The notes under the pieces were generated by a model that was not told the origin of the DNA, did not search any database, and worked only from the letters and a program-made list of their open reading frames with translations. Position numbers and translations under genes: made by a program. From Eledone cirrhosa (lineage: Eukaryota), in NCBI GenBank assembly GCA_964016885.1, contig OZ024749.1, positions 7,626,001-7,690,000 of the forward strand: a stretch of DNA of 64,000 nucleotides. Direction: 5' to 3'. Each line of letters begins with the position of its first letter. Position 1 is the first letter of the stretch. Below, piece after piece: positions 56,725-64,000 of this stretch.

Positions 56725-57241
56725 ATAAATGGAAAAGAATGAAACGAAATTTCATTTCTCACTGTTAGTACGGCTGGTATTTAAATGTAAGTATGTATGT
56801 ATACGTACATACATATATGTATACAGACGTACAGTAGTATGTATATATATGTACGTATGGGTTTACCGAACATTTATTATAATGCTCGGTCTGTCTGTAA
56901 ACAAACAAACAGCCCGAATTACGCCGTACAGTGTTCAAGCAACCATCGTCACCTTTTTATTCAACACAGAAACGATGTAGCTATCGTCAGCATCGTATAC
57001 CTCTCTGTCAGATGGTTGAACGCCTGAAAGTATATACTTTCCTTATGCATATTAACGGCTGAGCAGCCTAATTTGCATATCGAGTGAGTTACTCGGCCGA
57101 GCGCACCGAAAATGATAAATGGAAAAGAATGAAACGAAATTTCATTTCTCACTCCTAGTACGGCTGGTACTTAAATGTAAGTATGTATATATACGTACAT
57201 ACATACATACGTACAGTAGTATGTATGTATATACATACATG

Positions 57242-57272
<31 letters not shown>

Positions 57273-57502
57273 GTACGTATGGATTTACCGAACATTTATT
57301 ATAATGCTCGGTTTGTTTGTAAACAAACAGACAGCCCGAATTACGCCGTACAGTGTTCAGGCAACCATCGTCACCTTTTTGTTCAACACTGACACAGGAA
57401 CGATGTACTAGTTTCAAGCTTATTAGCTATCGTCAACATCGTATACCTTTCCGTCAGATGGTTGCCTGAACACTGTAATGCATAATTCGGACTGTTTGTT
57501 TG

Positions 57503-57508
<6 letters not shown>
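56725..57508. repeat. ~390-bp tandem duplication; second unit contains a long hairpin (57319-57508) enclosing an HHR
   Basis: Units start ataaatggaaaagaatgaaacg at 56725 and 57115. Confidence 0.85.
57400..57442 (-). ncRNA. Minimal type I hammerhead ribozyme
   Basis: acgatg-TTGACGA-tagct-aata-agctt-GAA-ACTAGT-A-catcgt; the first unit has CTGACGA but has lost the GAAA half. Confidence 0.75.
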
Positions 57509-57534
<26 letters not shown>

Positions 57535-58379
57535 CATACATACATACTTACATTTATATATATATATATATATATATTAATAATAATAAATTTGAAGACT
57601 AAAATCCAAAGAGAGCTCGATAAGGATAAATATATATCAAATATAAAAAAAAAACCTAGAGCAAATATTTATTAAACTACCGTTTTATTTTAAACGCATT
57701 GAAAATACATTAAATAATTCAGTTTGCATACACGATTTCAAAAGAAAATTGTCACGGTCATTGTTAGAAAGCTAGTGATCATGAAATGGCCGAGAATCCT
57801 GCTTCGTTTTGCTAGAAATAGTAGCTATCTCCAAAATATCTTCTTTTTTTATGGAACGAAGTAACACGAAGGATAAATTGGTATTAGATACGCCATCTAA
57901 ATTGAAGGAACAAAATGGAAAATAATATAAACACACAAACGGGTCAGTGATTGTTGCAAAGCCAGTGATTATAGTTCAATACGACGAGGGCTGACAGGAA
58001 GCTAAACGGTTCTACCGCACCCTAAGGACTCTAGAAGAGTAGATACACATTCTTTTGTCATTACTTCAATTATTTATAATATAATTTATTATTCAGGTTA
58101 ATTTTAATTAACACAAGAAATATAATGTGTTGCAGTCATGCAATTATTGTAATTACAAACATTTTTATTTCATAATTAGTTGCTTCGCTGCATCTCCGCA
58201 GTTGTTGTAATATGATTGGTTGATATCAACCAATGGCGCTGGATATTTCAGTGCACGCTAACACGTCTTTATATCGTGACATATCCTAAGGTGTGGCGTC
58301 ACGCTACAAAGAATTCACTACACGACTTCGTGACGATATCCACATCTTCCTCATCACAATTTGCTTCCGCCATGCACAG

Positions 58380-59269
58380 TCAGATAGACACACACACGCG
58401 TGTGTGTGTGTGCGCGCACACACACACACACACACCGCACGCACGCACACAAAGACACGCACACATCGCACGCACACAGACACACACACACACCGCACGC
58501 AGGCAGGCACACGAAGACACGCACACAGACACACACACATCGCACACGCACGGACGCACACCCACTCAGACACACACACGCACACACAAGCACACACATC
58601 ACACACACACACAAACCTACACACATCACACACACACGCACGCACACACACACACACACTCAGATACACACACACGCACGCATACACACACGCACACACA
58701 CACATCGCACACGCACACAGACGTGCGAGCAGGCATAGATACTCACATACACGCACAAATACACTCAGGCCCCTTATACAATCCCATACACACACGTACA
58801 TACACACACACACACGCACACATCATCCACACATACAAGCCCACAAATACTCGCATAGTCACACACACATACACACACACATACACACACATAAGCCGGC
58901 ACACACGCAAGTACATTTACACAAACATATGAATAATTTAACGCACAAAACACACACACACACATAACACACAAGGACAACTCGTATACACACATATGCG
59001 CATATACACACGTGTACTTGCTACCACATAGACATACACACACAGAAATACATTTTGGACACATCACACAGTGAGAAGATACACACACACACACGAATGA
59101 GACACCCGCACTTACTTGAAACACACACACATGCACACACGCATGTCACACTCTCCAAACAAACACACGTACACACAAACGAGAAACACACACACACACA
59201 CATACGGATGCGTCACACTTACGCAAAACATATAGGCACACAGACATACACACACACGCACACACACTA

Positions 59270-59300
<31 letters not shown>
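58380..59300. repeat. Degenerate (CA)-rich tract
   Basis: Read directly. Confidence 0.85.
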
Positions 59301-59699
59301 TTCTCTCACCCACTTTAAATGTTTTTAACATATTTTTTAGTCTTCCTCGCCTTATGTGATATAGTTTGATTGTACGTGTAAGATGGAGGTGTATACAAAT
59401 ATATATACATGTCTGTATGGGTATGTATGTACATGCGTGTATGTACAATCGTAATGCCACGAACTACAGCCGCCATACGCAACTGAGCATGACTTGGTTG
59501 TATTTACTGAGGGTTTTGCATGGCCGTGTATTGGGGAACGGGCTTAGACCCCGATACGACTGCACGAATAGTATATCCAACACGTGACAGTTGCAAGAAG
59601 GAAGAACTGTACTGACATTGGGTTAGTAATGTTTTTATGGACTCTAAAAACGTTGGAAGGCCGAGGGAGACTCGGTTAGATTTCAACTAAGAGACACGG

Positions 59700-60425
59700 A
59701 ACAAATATCAAACGCTCTACCGACTCTGCCATGTGTATCACCTAACAATAGTTTCTGATTTCGACACAAGACCAGTAATTTGGGAGTAGAAGGGGAAAGT
59801 CGATTAAATCGACCCCAGTACTAGACTGCTGCTTTATTTTATCGACCCCGTAATGATGAAAGTCAAAGCTAACCCTACGGGATTTGAACTCAGAACGTGA
59901 AGGGCCATAACTCTATGCCACAAAGCATGTTGTCAGAGGCTCTACTGATACTACAATTCCCCACCCTTTCCGTCACCTAATAATGTTTTTTTTTTATTTT
60001 GGCACAAGGCCAAGAATTTGAAGGGAAAGGGAAAGTCAAATAATCCGAACCCAGTACATGACTGGTACTTCATTTTATTGACCCTGTAAGGATGAAAGGC
60101 AAAGCTAACCCCTGCGGGATTTGAACGTGATCAGAACGTGAATGGTCATAACTCTATGCCACAAAGAATGTTGTCCAACGCTCTACCGATACTGCCAGTC
60201 TCCCACTCTTTATATTCCATAATAATACGATTGATAATAGCAATAATGTTGTCTTTCGTTGACCCCACGATAGCGCGAAGTTGAGGACCGCAAAATGGTA
60301 AATAATCAAAATAATTGTTTCTACTTTTGGCACAAGGCCAGCAATTACTCAGTACATTACTGGTACCTTATCTTATCGACCCCGTAAGGATGAAAGGCAA
60401 AGTTAACCTCGGCGGGATTTGAAAT
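59700..60425 (-). mobile_element. Cluster of ~4 Deu/Nin SINE copies or fragments
   Basis: Repeated atcgacccc..atgaaaggcaaag.taacc..gggatttgaac. Confidence 0.85.
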
Positions 60426-61251
60426 CAAAATAATGAACAAAAAAAAACATTACAAAATAGGAAGGATCTCCATCGGTTTCAGTTGTTTGATCAATGGAAG
60501 AACGGCCAAAGACACGTGTAGCCTTCCGTGACACTATGTGACAAGTCTGGGCATTTTAATTAATGATGCAGTCCATCCGATGAGTGGTCAAACAGTGTCC
60601 GTCTACCCAGTTCCACAGGCAGGGTGGCATGGGATGACCCGAAGATATTGTAAATAAATCTTTACCAAGATGTCGCGCTCCGGTATCGAAGTCGGGACCT
60701 AAAGAAGTAAACTTTATAAACATTCGGAAATGTTGCTCCAAATTTTAAACATGAATATCAGTAAGGATATAGAAGAATATATATTAATCGCTTTGATCGA
60801 TCGACGAGATCCCAGACCTCATTAGTTTGCCGAGTATGGTAGGGACCTCGTCAAATCGGACCAAGGAATCTAATGTTTCCATTAGTCTTTCCATTACTGA
60901 TACTATCTACTGGTGGCAACTCCTGGCAGAAAGAACAATGTGAAATAGAGTGTCTTGCTCAAGGCCACAATACATCAACTTGTCCCAGAATTGAACTCAC
61001 AACCTCACGATTACGAATCCAACTCTCAAACCACTATCGATAATAAAACGGAAGTAACCCCAAAATAATAGGGGGCGGGGTGGTTACATAGTTCTGTGGA
61101 AGGTACCGGATTGGTGAGACACACGTTTAACTCTTATACTCTCCTTCTTGTGCCAGTCAATCTAGGCCCTTCTCTATTCTGTCCACTGGAGCCGAGGGGT
61201 GGCACGCACGGGAGCCCCCATTTGCTCACAATAGTGAGAGATGTGGAGAGA

Positions 61252-61912
61252 GGAAGAGACGGAGGCAGTGACAGTGGGAGTTTGGTTCCCTTGTGTTCGG
61301 ACCTGGTATATATGAGATATGGGGAGATAGGGAGAGACGGAGGCAGTGAAGTGGGAGTTTGGTTCCCTTGTGTTCGGACCTGGTATATATGAGATATGGG
61401 GAGATAGGGAGAGACGGAGGCAGTGACAGTGGGAAGTCGGTTCTCTTGTGTTCGGACCTGGTATATATGAGATATGGGGAGATAGGGAGAGACGGAGGCA
61501 GTGACAATGGGAGTTTGGTTCCCTTGTGTTCGGACCTGGTATATATGAGATATGGGGAGATAGGGAGAGACGGAGGCAGTGAAGTGGGAGTTTGGTTCCC
61601 TTGTGTTCGGACCTGGTATATATGAGATATGGGGAGATAGGGAGAGACGGAGGCAGTGACAGTGGGAAGTCGGTTCTCTTGTGTTCGGACCTGGTATATA
61701 TGAGATATGGGGAGAGAGGGAGAGACGGAGGCAGTGACAGTGGGAGTTTGGTTCCCTTGTGTTCGGACCTGGTATATATGAGATATGGGGAGATAGGGAG
61801 AGACGGAGGCAGTGACAGTGGGAAGTCGGTTCCCTTGTGTTCGGACCTGGTATATATATGAGATATGGGGAGAGACAGTGGGTGTTTGGTTCCCTTGTGT
61901 TCGACCTGGTAT
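61252..61912. repeat. 77-78-bp minisatellite, 8 full units plus 1 partial
   Basis: Units at 61252, 61330, 61407, 61485, 61563, 61640, 61718 and 61796. Confidence 0.95.
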
Positions 61913-62245
61913 ATATATATGTATATATATATATATATATATGTATGTCATATACACTCACTCAATATTTAGTTTATTTATGTATTTTCCTATTAATTTT
62001 TATGCTTTGAACTCCGCCTTGGTTGCTCCCCACTGCTTTCTGTTAGGGCTGTAACGGAAACACACCCCGCTTGGCCACCTATTGGTTGGTGAGGCTATTT
62101 AAACCACAGATGTGCAAAAGAGAAAACTTGTTTATAAATCTTCCTATATTCCTAGAAAATTCGTATGACACATAAACATTCACTTAAATGCCTGCCTCAA
62201 GAACACTGGTCAAACTTCTTATGTTAAGCACTATTACCTCGTTAA

Positions 62246-63105
62246 GGGCGGTAGATTGTCATTATCGGTAGAACATTTGACGCCATACTTTGCAGCATAG
62301 AGTTACGGCCCTTTATGATCTGAGTTCAAATCCCGCCGAGGTTAATTTTTCCTTTCAACCTTACGGGGTCGATAAAATAAAGTACCAGTAATGTACTGGT
62401 GAATTGCTGGCCTTGTGCCAAACGTAGAAACAATTATCGATAGAACATCTGACGCCATACTTTGCAGCATAGAGTTACGGCCCTTTATGATCTGAGTTCA
62501 AATCCCGCCGAGGTTAATTTTTCCTTTCAACCTTACGGGGTCGATAAAATAAAGTACCAGTAATGTACTGGTGAATTGCTGGCCTTGTGCCAAACGTAGA
62601 AACAATTATCGGTAGAACATCTGACGCCATACTTTGCAGCATAGAGTTACGGCCCTTTATGATCTGAGTTCAAATCCCGCCGAGGTTAATTTTTCCTTTC
62701 ATCCTTACGGGGGTCGATAAAATAAAGTACCAGTCACACACTGGAGTCGACTTAATCGACTTTCCCCTGCCCCAAGATTGCTGGCCTTGTGCCTCTATAA
62801 GAAACCATTATCTATGAAGCTACCTTTTTTAATTGTAACCAGACTTTACCGTTACGGTATGTTTTTATACAGAATGTCTTTGTTGAGCTAGAATGTTATT
62901 TATATGTTTTATTAATTCTGAAATTGGTAGAATCAATAGAGGGCCTGACGCCATGCTTTGCAGCCAAAAGTTACGTCCCTTTATGGTCTGAGTTGAAATC
63001 ACGCCGAGGTTAACTTTGCCTTTCATCCTTACGGGGTCGATAAAATAAAGTACCAGTAATACACTGGTATAATTGCTGGCCTTGTGCCAAAAGTAGAAAC
63101 AAGTA
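62246..63105 (+). mobile_element. Three tandem SINE units (172-bp period, 62261/62433/62605) and a further copy at ~62920-63105
   Basis: B box gagttcaaatcc and Deu/Nin core in each unit. Confidence 0.88.
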
Positions 63106-63381
63106 ATTCTGAAGATTCCAATTGTTAGATTACATAATTAATTAATTAATAATTAATTATATGACCGCTAAGATGGATGAAACTCACGATATAATTAGTA
63201 GAATATGGTCTTATTTTCAGAGTAATATTTGCTATACCTGAATACATAAACTTTCATGTTAAAGAATTCATGTATTATTTAAAAGAATGGTGCGTAGCCT
63301 TAAATAGAGGTTACTGTGATAAATCCTCTAGTTTTGAGCTGTTAAATCTTCTTCACCTAACTTTGTTTTCGTCTCTGAAAA

Positions 63382-63467
<86 letters not shown>

Positions 63468-63598
63468 TCTCTCTCTCTATCTCTCTCTCTCTCTCTATGT
63501 GTGTGTGTGTCTGTGTGTATGTGCGTATGTAAATATATATGTGTATATAAATATATGTAAACATATGTATATAAATATGTGTAGACATTTATATATTT

Positions 63599-63637
<39 letters not shown>

Positions 63638-63642
63638 CATAC

Positions 63643-63673
<31 letters not shown>

Positions 63674-63694
63674 ATATATACATACATATATATA

Positions 63695-63725
<31 letters not shown>

Positions 63726-63907
63726 CATACATATATATATATATATTACATATATATATATATATATTATATATATATAATTAACTATGGAGATATAAAA
63801 CATACAGAAGCGAAAATGAACAACAAACCAAACAGTGAGGGTGTCCTATTATCATTTTTCTGGCAATATTATAAACAATATAACACTCTCCAATATATAT
63901 ACACATA

Positions 63908-63959
<52 letters not shown>

Positions 63960-64000
63960 TGGAAGCTTAGTAAAATCGACGATTTTGGCTGTGGCTAAGC

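Noticed and set aside
61095-62108. Solo LTR bounded by TGTGG...CCACA, with CCAAT/TATA-like motifs
   Set aside because: Flanks (agttc / gatgt) do not form a TSD, and no PBS or PPT is evident.

Overview
AT-rich, repeat-dominated eukaryotic DNA, most likely an octopod cephalopod (inferred from the SINE families, the mollusc-type 5S copy and the (TA)n density). I found no intact host protein-coding gene; nearly all ORFs in the supplied track are translations of microsatellites. The window holds tRNA-derived Deu/Nin-core SINEs (some in tandem arrays), fragments of R4/Dong, RTE and CRE LINEs, two GIY-YIG Penelope-like elements (PLEs), a deleted mariner, a Tc1/mariner MITE, a non-autonomous Helitron, two minisatellites and a retroposed 5S rRNA fused to a SINE. 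The main signal is that the short islands between (TA)n tracts are not random. By eye, about 15 of them carry type I hammerhead ribozyme (HHR) folds from at least 7 sequence-unrelated families. These have palindromic stem III, often very long or branched stem II, and one compensatory stem I change. Many are fold-back palindromes with two fixed alternative ends and a shared RTYGAGTRCT motif 55-70 nt from the (TA)n junction. Two families link directly to the 3' ends of PLEs in this window. One HHR sits in a ~390-bp tandem unit resembling a retrozyme. All structures were read manually and need computational and biochemical confirmation.
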